Origin: a bacterium
Lineage (GTDB): Bacteria > JACRDZ01 > JAQUKH01
DNA: 64,000 bases
Assembly (NCBI GenBank): GCA_028719205.1
Contig: JAQUKH010000003.1
Coordinates: 1-64,000, forward strand
Direction of reading: 5' to 3'
The position numbers and the translations under genes were made by a program. The notes under the pieces were generated by a model. It worked only from the letters and a program-made list of their open reading frames with translations, ran no database searches and was not told the DNA's origin. This document shows positions 18,802 to 28,868 of this stretch, in pieces. Within the stretch, counting starts at the first letter, position 1; every line of letters begins with the position of its first letter.

Positions 18802-19965
18802 ATGAAAATTTTAATAGCAACTCCATCTTACTGGCCAAGAATAGGAGGAATAGAAAGAATTGGCCCATTGCTTGCTAAAGAAATAAGAAGCAGCGGTATT
18901 GATGTTGAAATATTAACGCACCTGCACACCAAGGATATAAAAAAATACACTCATGATGAATATGGAACAGAGATTAAATATATTGATTTTAAGCACCCGG
19001 CAGACAGATCAGTTCCAAAGTTTCGCAGGATAAAAATATATTTGTCTTTATTTGTTTTTGCATTTAGATCAAAGCCGGATATCCTATACATAAGATGGGT
19101 AGATTGGACATCATGGTATTTTTTAATAATAAAAAAAATATTACAAATACCGGCTGTTGTTTCGATCCATGGGTCTGATGTAAATAAATTACCTTTCGTA
19201 TCAGATTTTGGAAAACAATTTTTGATTGATACTCTTAAAAGCGCGGATAGAATAATATCCACCTCAAACATATTAATTAAAAAAGCTGAAGAGATAAGTA
19301 ATTTAGACTTAAGTAAAAAATATTATATTATTCCTAATGGTATTGATTTAAAAAGGTTTGATAATAAAGTTAAATATATTTCCGGTAAACCATATATTTT
19401 AGCTATTGGCCGTTTGGTTTACGCTAAAGGATTTGATCTGCTTTTAGAAGCATTTAAAAAATTATGTGAAAATGTACCAGAAATTGAGCTTATTATTGCC
19501 GGTGGTGGGGAAGAAAAGAATAATTTGATAGATAAAGCAAAAATACTTGGGATATCTGATAGAGTAAAATTAATTGGCCCTGTTGATGAATCAACAGTTG
19601 TTTCCTTGTTGAATGGTTGCAGATTGTTTGTATGTTCATCGAGATCTGAAGGTTTTGGTAATGTGATTTTGGAAGCAATGGCTGCTGGAAAGCCAATAGT
19701 GTCGTTTGGTGTTGGCGGGGTAGTTGAAATAATACAAGATGATATAAATGGTATTTTATGTGAACCGGGTAATATATGTGATTTAGTTAAGAATATATTA
19801 AACTTACTAAAATCAGAGGAAGAATGCAATAGGCTGGCAATGAACGGTTATTTATATGTAAAAGAAAATTATTCCTGTGAAGTGATGGCGAAAAGATATA
19901 TAAAAGTATTTAATAGTTTGATTGAAACCAAAAAGAGTCTAAAGGATGGGGAAAAAGCGGTTTGA
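18802..19965 (+). CDS. GT4 glycosyltransferase
   Basis: GGIE, IPNGID, GRLVYAKG and EGFGNVILEAMAAG. Confidence 0.9.
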   Translation: MKILIATPSYWPRIGGIERIGPLLAKEIRSSGIDVEILTHLHTKDIKKYTHDEYGTEIKYIDFKHPADRSVPKFRRIKIYLSLFVFAFRSKPDILYIRWVDWTSWYFLIIKKILQIPAVVSIHGSDVNKLPFVSDFGKQFLIDTLKSADRIISTSNILIKKAEEISNLDLSKKYYIIPNGIDLKRFDNKVKYISGKPYILAIGRLVYAKGFDLLLEAFKKLCENVPEIELIIAGGGEEKNNLIDKAKILGISDRVKLIGPVDESTVVSLLNGCRLFVCSSRSEGFGNVILEAMAAGKPIVSFGVGGVVEIIQDDINGILCEPGNICDLVKNILNLLKSEEECNRLAMNGYLYVKENYSCEVMAKRYIKVFNSLIETKKSLKDGEKAV

Positions 19966-20046
19966 TACGGATTTTAAGATGTCGGCGGTAAAAATGATAA
20001 CCAAGAAAGATAAGAGGCTTCCGGGGCGGCAAGGAGAGATCGAAAA

Positions 20047-20970
20047 ATGAATGCAGAAAAATTGCCTTTTATTTCGGTAATAGTTCCAGTTTATAATGAA
20101 AGAGAAACGATCAATGAATGTGTCGAATCACTTTTGGCCCAAACATATCCAAAAAATAAATATGAAATTATTATTGTTGATAATAATTCCTCTGACGACA
20201 CACCGGAAATAATTAAAAAATATCCTGTTGTTTTGTTATTTGAAAGAGAAGTACAGACTTCTTACGCCGCAAGGAATAAAGGTATTAAAAACGCTAAGGG
20301 AGATGTAATAGCTTTTACTGATGGAGATTGCATAGCTGAAAAAAACTGGTTGAAAGAATTAGCAGTAAATTATGATAACCAAAATATAGGTTGTTTTGCC
20401 GGCGATATACAAATTTATAAACCCGATTCAACATTCGAAGAATTTCTTGTAAGATCTAAAATATTTGGCCAAGGCAAAGGGGAAAATTCCGGATATTTAT
20501 CGGGCGCAGCAACTGCTAATGTTGCTTATAGACGGGAAGTATTTGATAAAATTGGTATGTTTGACGAGAACATTCCTACCGGTGCTGATGTTGAGTTTTC
20601 CTGGAGAGTGCAGGAAAAATTAAATCAAAAGATTGTTTTGAATAAAGCTGCGATTGTTTACCACCGCTCAGAAAGAAAAAGTGAATATTTTGAAAGATGG
20701 ATGCGTTATGGTTTAGGCCAAGAGATACATAAACTTAAAGATGATAATTACATAATAAAACCATTCCTAAAGGATATTTATAATTTCATTAAAACAATTT
20801 TTATTGGTATAAAATATTTCCCGATTAATTTTATAAATTATGAACGCCATAAAATAGATAAGGTGCAATTATATACTCACTTTTATTATTGTTATTTGGG
20901 ATTAGCACATATTACGGGAAGGTGTAAAGGTAAATTACTGATTTTATTTAAAAAATATAGGAAAATATGA
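20047..20970 (+). CDS. GT2 glycosyltransferase
   Basis: ISVIVPVYN, DNNSSD, AARNKG and FTDGD. Confidence 0.9.
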   Translation: MNAEKLPFISVIVPVYNERETINECVESLLAQTYPKNKYEIIIVDNNSSDDTPEIIKKYPVVLLFEREVQTSYAARNKGIKNAKGDVIAFTDGDCIAEKNWLKELAVNYDNQNIGCFAGDIQIYKPDSTFEEFLVRSKIFGQGKGENSGYLSGAATANVAYRREVFDKIGMFDENIPTGADVEFSWRVQEKLNQKIVLNKAAIVYHRSERKSEYFERWMRYGLGQEIHKLKDDNYIIKPFLKDIYNFIKTIFIGIKYFPINFINYERHKIDKVQLYTHFYYCYLGLAHITGRCKGKLLILFKKYRKI

Positions 20971-22130
20971 ATATTGGAATAATTCACAATTTTAATAGCT
21001 ATCCGCCTCAAAATGGGCGTTCAAGCCATTTTTATAATTTAGTTCTGCGATTAATAAAAAATGGCCATATAATTCATTCATTAGATCAGGAAAAGTTACC
21101 GGGCATTAAAAATTTATATCCTAATACAAAAGAAGGAATAATTGAAATATGTAACAAAGCCGATTTATTATATATAAGAGTAGATGGGAATATTGAAAAA
21201 CAAGTTATGCTGCGAAGCTTGTTTAAGAAAAAACCGATAATATGGGAGTTAAATGCCCCGTTAGAAGAAGAAATTGTCTGGTGGCAAAATATTCCAAGCC
21301 GTTTTAATCATCTCAGGTCAAGGATTGATTTAAGATATAATAATTTTATAAGAAAAAGATTAGCTTCTTTTGTGGATTATTCGATCTGTACCTGTTCGGA
21401 GCTGCAAAAATATTCAAAAGAATTTTTAAATATAAAAAACAGTTTTACAATAACCATGGGCGCGGATTATGAGCTGTTTAAGCCAGAGCTGAGAAAAGAG
21501 GATATTTTTGGTATACCTGAGGGAAAATATAAGGTTTTCTGGGCTGGTGATATTTTCCCATGGCAAAATTTTGATTTGATTTATGAAATAGCAAAAAATT
21601 TTTTAAAAACAGATCCGGATATTTATTTTATTCTATTAATGCCCAAGAGCAATAAATTACCTTTTATCCCTTTGAATAATATGAAGATATTTGAGAAAAT
21701 TGCCTATAAAGATATCCCAAATTATTTTGCTTCGGCGGATGTAAGCCTTTGCCTGTATTGTGATTCTTACTGGAGCCCTTGGGGCTTTACTCGTTCACCA
21801 ATAAAACTGTTTGATTATATGGCATCCGGTTCGCCGGTAATTGCTTCTGATATGGGACAGGTTGGCAGGATTATTAAAGATAACAAAAATGGTTTATTAA
21901 CAAATAATGATGTTAATGATATTATAAATAAAATAACTATTTTAAAGGGAAATAAACAACTTGCAAAAAATATCGCTATAAATGCAAGAGATGAAGTTGT
22001 TAAATATTATAATTGGGATAGAGTTGCGAAACAAACAGAAATTCTTTTAGAAATTGCTTTAAATAAAACAAATAATAGAAATTTAGATTTAATTGCTGAA
22101 AATAATTTTAGAGAGACAATTAGTTCTTAA
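20967..22130 (+). CDS. GT4 glycosyltransferase
   Basis: SPIKLFDYMASGSPVIASDMGQ and YNWDRVA. Confidence 0.85.
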   Translation: MNIGIIHNFNSYPPQNGRSSHFYNLVLRLIKNGHIIHSLDQEKLPGIKNLYPNTKEGIIEICNKADLLYIRVDGNIEKQVMLRSLFKKKPIIWELNAPLEEEIVWWQNIPSRFNHLRSRIDLRYNNFIRKRLASFVDYSICTCSELQKYSKEFLNIKNSFTITMGADYELFKPELRKEDIFGIPEGKYKVFWAGDIFPWQNFDLIYEIAKNFLKTDPDIYFILLMPKSNKLPFIPLNNMKIFEKIAYKDIPNYFASADVSLCLYCDSYWSPWGFTRSPIKLFDYMASGSPVIASDMGQVGRIIKDNKNGLLTNNDVNDIINKITILKGNKQLAKNIAINARDEVVKYYNWDRVAKQTEILLEIALNKTNNRNLDLIAENNFRETISS

Positions 22131-22171
22131 AATATAAATGCTGCTAAAAATACTCAAGAAGAAGACAAAGA

Positions 22172-23311
22172 ATGCCTTTAAATATTGCATATATTAATCA
22201 CTCTTCTAATATTGGCGGGGCTGAAACAAATCTATTAAATATTATGAGTGGCATTAATAATAATGATTTCATCCCTGCAATTGTTTTTTTACCGAGAAAC
22301 GGCCCATTATTGGTAGAAATTGAAAAGAGAGGGATCAAAGTTAGAATTATTTCCTATTATTCTTTGAAATTAAAAAATCCTTTCAGATATTTATCAACTT
22401 TGACTAATTTGATAGTGCCTTTGTTAAAAGAAAAAATAGATATAATCCACCTTAACCATCAGTACCTTATCGATCACTTATCCAGCGTTTCAAATTTGAT
22501 CAACAGGCCATTAATCTGTCATTGCCGGGGTTCAAATTTAGCATCTTTTTTTGAAAGCAAACAGAAATGGTTTATGAAAACGGATTGTTTTATTGCTGTT
22601 TCAAGATCAGTAGCTCTGGAATTATATTCTTTGGGAATAGATGAATCTAAAGTTGAAGTTATCTATGATGGGGTGGACTTAAATAAGTTCCATAGAACTA
22701 AAAAAACTTTTGTTTTAAGAAAAGAATTTAATTTCAGTGAAAATGATTTGATTATTGGTATCATAGGGCGCATAGAGCCTAAAAAAGGCAGTAGTGATAT
22801 TATTTATGCCGCGCGGGAAGTTAAAAAATATGTAAAAAATGTAAAAATTGTTTATATCGGTGAATCTGATATAAATGACAGGGATTACATTAATGAGTTA
22901 AAAACATTAGCCCGAAAATTGGAAGTTGACGAAATGTTCAGATTCGCGGGTTTTCGCAGTAATATTCCTGAAGTATTAAATGATCTGGATTTATTTGTTT
23001 TACCTTCCTGGGATGAAGCTTTGCCAAATGTGCTTTTGGAATCAATGGCTTCAGGTATTTTGACGATATCTACTAATGTTGGCGGTATATCTGAAATTAT
23101 TGAAAATAATAAGACAGGTTTCCTTGTTAACGCAAAAGACCCAAATGGGTTAGGTGCGGAAATTATAAGAGTATTGAAAATGAATTTACATGAAAAAGAA
23201 ATTATTATTTCGTCAGCAGAAAAGGTAATCGCGGAAAAATTCAGTTTGAACAGGCAGATCGTAAGAATAGAAGGTTTGTACGAAAAAATAAAAAACAATT
23301 ATAAAAAATAA
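22172..23311 (+). CDS. GT4 glycosyltransferase
   Basis: GGAE, IYDGVD, GRIEPKKG and EALPNVLLESMASG. Confidence 0.9.
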   Translation: MPLNIAYINHSSNIGGAETNLLNIMSGINNNDFIPAIVFLPRNGPLLVEIEKRGIKVRIISYYSLKLKNPFRYLSTLTNLIVPLLKEKIDIIHLNHQYLIDHLSSVSNLINRPLICHCRGSNLASFFESKQKWFMKTDCFIAVSRSVALELYSLGIDESKVEVIYDGVDLNKFHRTKKTFVLRKEFNFSENDLIIGIIGRIEPKKGSSDIIYAAREVKKYVKNVKIVYIGESDINDRDYINELKTLARKLEVDEMFRFAGFRSNIPEVLNDLDLFVLPSWDEALPNVLLESMASGILTISTNVGGISEIIENNKTGFLVNAKDPNGLGAEIIRVLKMNLHEKEIIISSAEKVIAEKFSLNRQIVRIEGLYEKIKNNYKK

Positions 23312-23335
23312 GATAAAAAGGATTTTAATAATAAA

Positions 23336-24016
23336 ATGAAAACAATTTCTAAATTTAACCGGGAAATGACTTTTGGAATAGAATTCAAAGAAAGCAGAAT
23401 AAAGAAATCAATTGAAATAATAAGAAAAATGACTCCCGGCCTTTTTTTGGATATAGGGTGTTCAGATGGAAGTTGGGGATCATACTGGAAGAACAAGGGT
23501 TGGAAATGTTTTGGGACTGACATCAATCCAGGTTCAATTGAATCAGCAGGGAATAAAGGAATTGAAGCAAAAATATGCGATTTAAATAAGGATCCACTTC
23601 CTTTTGGGGATAAAATATTTGATTTAATTTTTGCGGGGGAGGTTATTGAACATCTGATTGATACTGATGGATTTTTAAAGGAAATATACAGGTGTTTAAA
23701 ACCGGAGGGAAAACTTTTATTAACAACTCCAAATTTAGTTTCTTTTGAAAATAGATTAAGAATGTTTCTTGGCAGATACCCTATGTGGGTTGATTACAGT
23801 TTAAACGGGAGCGGGCATGTCAGGGCATATAACCCCAGAGTACTTAAAAAACAATTAATTGAGAATGGATTCTTAATTAAAATACATACCGGTAATTGGG
23901 TACCGTTTTTACCGCAGTCAATGGTAAATGATATAGATTTTCCCTGTATGTCAATAACAGGCACTTTATTTCCAAATATAGCCATGGATATAATTATCCT
24001 GGCTGAAAAAACATAG
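23336..24016 (+). CDS. Class I SAM-dependent methyltransferase
   Basis: LDIGCSDG, FDLIFAGEVIEHL and LKPEGKLLLTTPN. Confidence 0.88.
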   Translation: MKTISKFNREMTFGIEFKESRIKKSIEIIRKMTPGLFLDIGCSDGSWGSYWKNKGWKCFGTDINPGSIESAGNKGIEAKICDLNKDPLPFGDKIFDLIFAGEVIEHLIDTDGFLKEIYRCLKPEGKLLLTTPNLVSFENRLRMFLGRYPMWVDYSLNGSGHVRAYNPRVLKKQLIENGFLIKIHTGNWVPFLPQSMVNDIDFPCMSITGTLFPNIAMDIIILAEKT

Positions 24017-24030
24017 AAAATAAAAAGAAT

Positions 24031-25131
24031 ATGAAAATTAAATGTTTGTTAATCAGCCCTTTAGCAAAAAAAAATGAAGGATATAGCGGAGAAGATGCTT
24101 ATACAGAGAATTTGCTTAAACATCCACCCGAAGGAGTTGAATACTATTTTTATAAAGATTTAATAGCTAAAGGATATGCTAAAAGATTAAAATATAGAAG
24201 TATTATTATTGATAAATTATCTAAATGTTTTTTTAAACCATTATGGGCGGAATATTTTTCCTGTGATCTGGATTTTGATATTATTCATATCCATGCGTAT
24301 TCAGTATATTTAACAGGAGGAATTGTTAAAAAAAACATCCCTGTTATTTTAAGCGAAAGTTCCTGCAAGGGTTTTTATCAACGGGAATTCTATAAAACAA
24401 ATTATTATGATGCGCGAAGGCGTCTGTTCTTTAAAGTTTTCAAAATATATGATCAGACATTTAATATACAAAACGCGAAAAAGGTAATAGTATGGTCTTA
24501 TTGGGCAAAAAAATTGCATGAAGAAATGGGCATAAAGGATAATATGATCACTGTAGTTCCGCCTGGCATTCGTAACTCGAATAATAATATAGTTAAGGAA
24601 AATAAAAATGATGTCACCTTGTTGTTTATTGGAAATGATTTTGAAAGAAAAGGCGGCCATTTGCTTCTGAGCGCGTATAAAAAATTGCGGGGAAAATATA
24701 AAAACATAGAATTATTAATATTTTCTTCTTACCCTGCCGAATTGTCATCTTCTGAATATAATATTAAACATTCTAAAGATAAAGATAATGATTACATTTT
24801 TAAATATATTTATCCACAAGCGGATATATTTATTTTACCGGCATTAGCTGAAGGATTCGGGATTTCCATTATTGAAGCAATGATGTTTGGTTTACCAGTA
24901 ATAACTTCGGATATCGGGCCATTCCCGGAAATTGTTAAGGATGGAGAAAATGGATTTTTAATTGATCCAAAACATGAGGATGAAATTATTGCAAAATTGG
25001 ATTTATTAATAGGTAACCCTGAATTAAGAAAAAAATTAGGGAAGGCAAGCCGTATAAAATATGAAAATGAATTTTCAATAAAAAATACCAATAAAAAATT
25101 GGAAGAAGCTTATATTGATGTTTTAAAATGA
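24031..25131 (+). CDS. GT4 glycosyltransferase
   Basis: FIGNDFERKGG and EGFGISIIEAMMFGLPVI. Confidence 0.88.
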   Translation: MKIKCLLISPLAKKNEGYSGEDAYTENLLKHPPEGVEYYFYKDLIAKGYAKRLKYRSIIIDKLSKCFFKPLWAEYFSCDLDFDIIHIHAYSVYLTGGIVKKNIPVILSESSCKGFYQREFYKTNYYDARRRLFFKVFKIYDQTFNIQNAKKVIVWSYWAKKLHEEMGIKDNMITVVPPGIRNSNNNIVKENKNDVTLLFIGNDFERKGGHLLLSAYKKLRGKYKNIELLIFSSYPAELSSSEYNIKHSKDKDNDYIFKYIYPQADIFILPALAEGFGISIIEAMMFGLPVITSDIGPFPEIVKDGENGFLIDPKHEDEIIAKLDLLIGNPELRKKLGKASRIKYENEFSIKNTNKKLEEAYIDVLK

Positions 25132-25151
25132 AAAAATAAAAGGAGAATACA

Positions 25152-26402
25152 CTGGTTAATACAATAGATATAAATGACAGGTGCCGATGGCTTTTTAAAT
25201 TACAAAACGCGGCACATGATATTTTGTATAATTTTTTAAATAGTTCAGATTTAACACGCAGTGCCAAAATATTTTATCCAAATATTCCTAAAGTTGATTT
25301 AATGGCATATTCGAGAATTTCTGAATGTTTGGATATTCTGAAAATTATTCAGAAGCAGGAATATTTAGATTTAAATAAATCGATTGTTTTAATTGAAAAA
25401 TACCTCAATAACAAATTAACAATAAATAGCATCGCGGAAATAATAGTCCAACTTTATTCGGATTTAAAAATTGCTTTTAGTGAATTGGAAATTGGAACAA
25501 ATCCCTGTGAAATTAAGATCGGTGAAAATGCAGGTACTTTTGATGCAAGATACTATTCTGATATGGGGCTTCAAAATATCCTATTAATTAAAAAATACGC
25601 GGAAGATGAAACAAAAAATGATTTAATAGATTTTATTATCCATGGAAGCTATTCAACATTGGATTATGCGCCTGCCTTTAGCGATATAGATTTATTAGCT
25701 GTCATAAAAGATGAGGTCATAAAAGATCCGGTGAAGTTATTATCATTGAGAAAGAAAATGGCCGTAATAACAAAATATATTTATTATTCAGATCCATTCC
25801 AGCATCATGGTATAGCAGTAATTTCTGAATTTGATTTAAATTATTATGCTCAGCCGTATTTTCCTTTTATTATTTATAAATATTCAAAAAGTTTGTTTTC
25901 TGGGAATAGGAATACTCTTAAAATAAAAGAACGTCCATCGTATAATGAACGATTAGAGAGTTTTTATGGAATTACAGAATATTTGACAAAATGCAGAATA
26001 GAAAAGGTATCTAAAGGGCTCTACGACTTTAAAAGCTATTTATCCGCTTTAATGCTGATACCATGCAGTTATTTACAATTAAAGGAAGATTATACATATA
26101 AAAAATATTCGTTTGATAAATTAAAAAATGAGATCCCATGTGACTTATGGGAAGTTATCGATAAGGCATCATTAATAAGGGAAAAATGGCCGAATATAAT
26201 TGAAAATAAAAAGTGGTTAAAGCCAATAGAAAAATTGAACTCGAACCCCTTTCTTTTCCAAATGTTTTATTGTAAACTTAATGGCCGGATACCGCCTTAT
26301 TTAATGAATATATTAAATGATAATTATTTAGAGAAAGTTAAAATATTAATTGACTTTATTCTTCAAAAAGCAAGGAAAGAAGGTTACATCCCTAATGGAT
26401 AG
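25152..26402 (+). CDS. Pol-beta-type nucleotidyltransferase-fold protein (probable CTG start)
   Basis: IIHGSYSTLDYAPAFSDIDLLAV fits the hGS..DhD pattern. The frame is open back to TAA at 25137, and AAGGAG lies 6 nt before an in-frame CTG at 25152. Confidence 0.6.
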   Translation: MVNTIDINDRCRWLFKLQNAAHDILYNFLNSSDLTRSAKIFYPNIPKVDLMAYSRISECLDILKIIQKQEYLDLNKSIVLIEKYLNNKLTINSIAEIIVQLYSDLKIAFSELEIGTNPCEIKIGENAGTFDARYYSDMGLQNILLIKKYAEDETKNDLIDFIIHGSYSTLDYAPAFSDIDLLAVIKDEVIKDPVKLLSLRKKMAVITKYIYYSDPFQHHGIAVISEFDLNYYAQPYFPFIIYKYSKSLFSGNRNTLKIKERPSYNERLESFYGITEYLTKCRIEKVSKGLYDFKSYLSALMLIPCSYLQLKEDYTYKKYSFDKLKNEIPCDLWEVIDKASLIREKWPNIIENKKWLKPIEKLNSNPFLFQMFYCKLNGRIPPYLMNILNDNYLEKVKILIDFILQKARKEGYIPNG

Positions 26403-27639
26403 GCATATTCTAAACAAGCTGAATATTAATAAGATAGATTTTTGTAATGAACCGGTATTATATGATATTGGTGATTATTACAAAGCAATTGAACACTATC
26501 TGGATAAGATAATAAAAACAAATGAAGTTAAATCAGTTATTCAAGTAGGTGATATTTCGATCCCGGGGATTTCTGATATTGATCTGATACTTATTTTAGA
26601 AAAAGAAATAAAGACTATTAATACTGATATCTTTTCTATTTTTCAGTTAAGTAAAAAAGATATTCATCTTTTTTTGCACGAACCTATGATATTTAATATT
26701 GATTTAATAAAAAATATTTATTATTGGTCTCCATATCCAAAATTCAAATATATATATGGGGAAGACCTTAAAATAGATAGACCGGCTGAAGATGAAGCAG
26801 AAATAATTGCTACTATTATATTAATTGAATATTTTATTATGGGTTATCCGAGAAAAGCATTAGAAATGATCCTAAATAGAAGAATAAGAGTTCGTGAGGC
26901 ATTATGTTATATAAATGGTATCAAATATTCTATTGAAATACTTGAATCATTAACAGGTAAATCTTTAAATTATGGGAAATTTCTTAAAGATTATAACGAT
27001 TTTCGTTTTAACTGGTTCAATGAAAGCGATAGAAATAATATTTTGTTTAATTATTTACTGGAAACAATAGAAATATCTTTTAATTTGATAAATGTACTGA
27101 GTAACTATCTTAATAGAAAAAGCGATTTATCAAACAATGTCTCTGTTCCTCAATATCCTTTTGATTTTAAAGCATATTTAGACAGACAGTTTTTTACTGT
27201 TTTTTCTAATGGTATGACTATCGATAAATGGCTGGAGTGCATTATAGATTTCTATCAGGGAACAGGAATAGTTTCGGTTATTCTACCTGAAATGTTGTTC
27301 CCGCTTATAGAAACATATTCTAATATAAACCAGGGTATCGTAAGTAAACATATAAGCAGATTTTTATATGATCCAAATAATATGGGAACATATCAGCCCT
27401 TTGATGGCTTGATCAAAAAAACAGCAGAATATAAAATAAAATTTCTGGATGATCACATAAATTATCTTAAACATAATAAACTGTTAAATAGATCCAGTAA
27501 TATAAATTCTTTCGGATGCCCTATTGATGATAATAATTCTAAAAAATTATTAAGGCCGCTAAAGAAACAATATCATCAAATCAGAATGATCAGGGATTTA
27601 TATTTTATCAAAAAGCATAAAAAAATATGGGGATATTAG
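26395..27639 (+). CDS. Second nucleotidyltransferase-fold protein
   Basis: SVIQVGDISIPGISDIDLILIL motif. Start taken as ATG 26395, which overlaps the upstream stop. Confidence 0.55.
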   Translation: MDRHILNKLNINKIDFCNEPVLYDIGDYYKAIEHYLDKIIKTNEVKSVIQVGDISIPGISDIDLILILEKEIKTINTDIFSIFQLSKKDIHLFLHEPMIFNIDLIKNIYYWSPYPKFKYIYGEDLKIDRPAEDEAEIIATIILIEYFIMGYPRKALEMILNRRIRVREALCYINGIKYSIEILESLTGKSLNYGKFLKDYNDFRFNWFNESDRNNILFNYLLETIEISFNLINVLSNYLNRKSDLSNNVSVPQYPFDFKAYLDRQFFTVFSNGMTIDKWLECIIDFYQGTGIVSVILPEMLFPLIETYSNINQGIVSKHISRFLYDPNNMGTYQPFDGLIKKTAEYKIKFLDDHINYLKHNKLLNRSSNINSFGCPIDDNNSKKLLRPLKKQYHQIRMIRDLYFIKKHKKIWGY

Positions 27640-27652
27640 TTTAAGGGAGAAA

Positions 27653-28834
27653 ATGGATAATAAAAATAAACCTAAAATTGCCTTAACGAGAGGATTTTGG
27701 TTGAATCCTTTTGAAATGCAGTATTATGAGCCATTAAAGAAGTTTTACGACATTAAGGCTTTTACAACATATGACCATATATTTAATATTAATGAAATTG
27801 ATTTGCCTATTGAGAAATTCCATTCAGTTCGTGAGATCGGTATGGGTATACCTAAATTCCAGGGGCTTTGTGACCGGGCATTAAGAAAAATATTTAAATC
27901 TGAATTTTATAATTTAGGATTAACCTCTCGGCTGAAAGGATTTGATATTATCCATGCGGTAGAGACTTTTAATATATTTTCTTATCAGGCGGTCCGGGCT
28001 AAGAAAAAATACGGCGGGAAAGTAGTGCTTTCAGTCTCTGAAAACATACCTTTCATTAATGAAGATTGTCAAAATTCTGAAAAAATTAAATCATACGTCA
28101 GGGAAAATGCGGACTATTTTGTTGCGATTGCAGATAAGTCAAAACAATGCTTAATGATTGAAGGTGTTGATGAAAACAAAATTGAGGTTATCGGGCATGG
28201 TTTAGATATCGAAAAATTTTGTCCAAAAGAGAAAAGTGTTGAATTATTAAAACAATTTTCAATTTCCCCAAACGATATGGTTGTTTTATTCATAGGCCAG
28301 CTTCTTTGGCTGAAAGGAGTTTATGATATTATAGCTGCTGCAAAAAAAATAACTCAGGATAATGAATTAAAGGGCACTAATATTAAATTCCTTATTGTAG
28401 GGAAAGGGCCTGAGGAACACAGGTTGAGAGATATTATTAAAAAATTAAAACTAGATAATATTGTTAAATTAGTGGGTTTTTTCCCTTATTCAGAAATGGT
28501 AGAATTACATAATTTGGCGGATATCTTTATTCTGCCCAGTATACCCGTTAAAACATGGCAGGAGCAATTTGGAATGGTTTTAATTGAAAGTATGGCATGC
28601 GGACGTCCCGTTATTTCAACTAGTTGCGGGGCAATCCCGGAAATACTGGGAGATGCTGGTATTATTATTCCCCCGGCTGATCCTTACAAATTAGCGGAAA
28701 AAATTAAAGAGCTGGTAATTAGTAAGGATACGAGGTTACAGCTTGGTATCAAAGGACGCTTGCATGTTGAAAAATATTATGATAGATTTAAAATTGCTGA
28801 AAAAATTAAAAGTGTTTATGAAAAATTAATTTAG
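27653..28834 (+). CDS. GT4 glycosyltransferase
   Basis: GQLLWLKG and WQEQFGMVLIESMACG. Confidence 0.9.
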   Translation: MDNKNKPKIALTRGFWLNPFEMQYYEPLKKFYDIKAFTTYDHIFNINEIDLPIEKFHSVREIGMGIPKFQGLCDRALRKIFKSEFYNLGLTSRLKGFDIIHAVETFNIFSYQAVRAKKKYGGKVVLSVSENIPFINEDCQNSEKIKSYVRENADYFVAIADKSKQCLMIEGVDENKIEVIGHGLDIEKFCPKEKSVELLKQFSISPNDMVVLFIGQLLWLKGVYDIIAAAKKITQDNELKGTNIKFLIVGKGPEEHRLRDIIKKLKLDNIVKLVGFFPYSEMVELHNLADIFILPSIPVKTWQEQFGMVLIESMACGRPVISTSCGAIPEILGDAGIIIPPADPYKLAEKIKELVISKDTRLQLGIKGRLHVEKYYDRFKIAEKIKSVYEKLI

Positions 28835-28868
28835 AATAATGTATTTTCTATATTAGAGGAGTATTTTT

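Noticed and set aside
19984-19991. GGCGGTAA as an ops/JUMPstart element
   Set aside because: It is an imperfect, mid-operon match, and no RfaH/NusG paralog is in the window.
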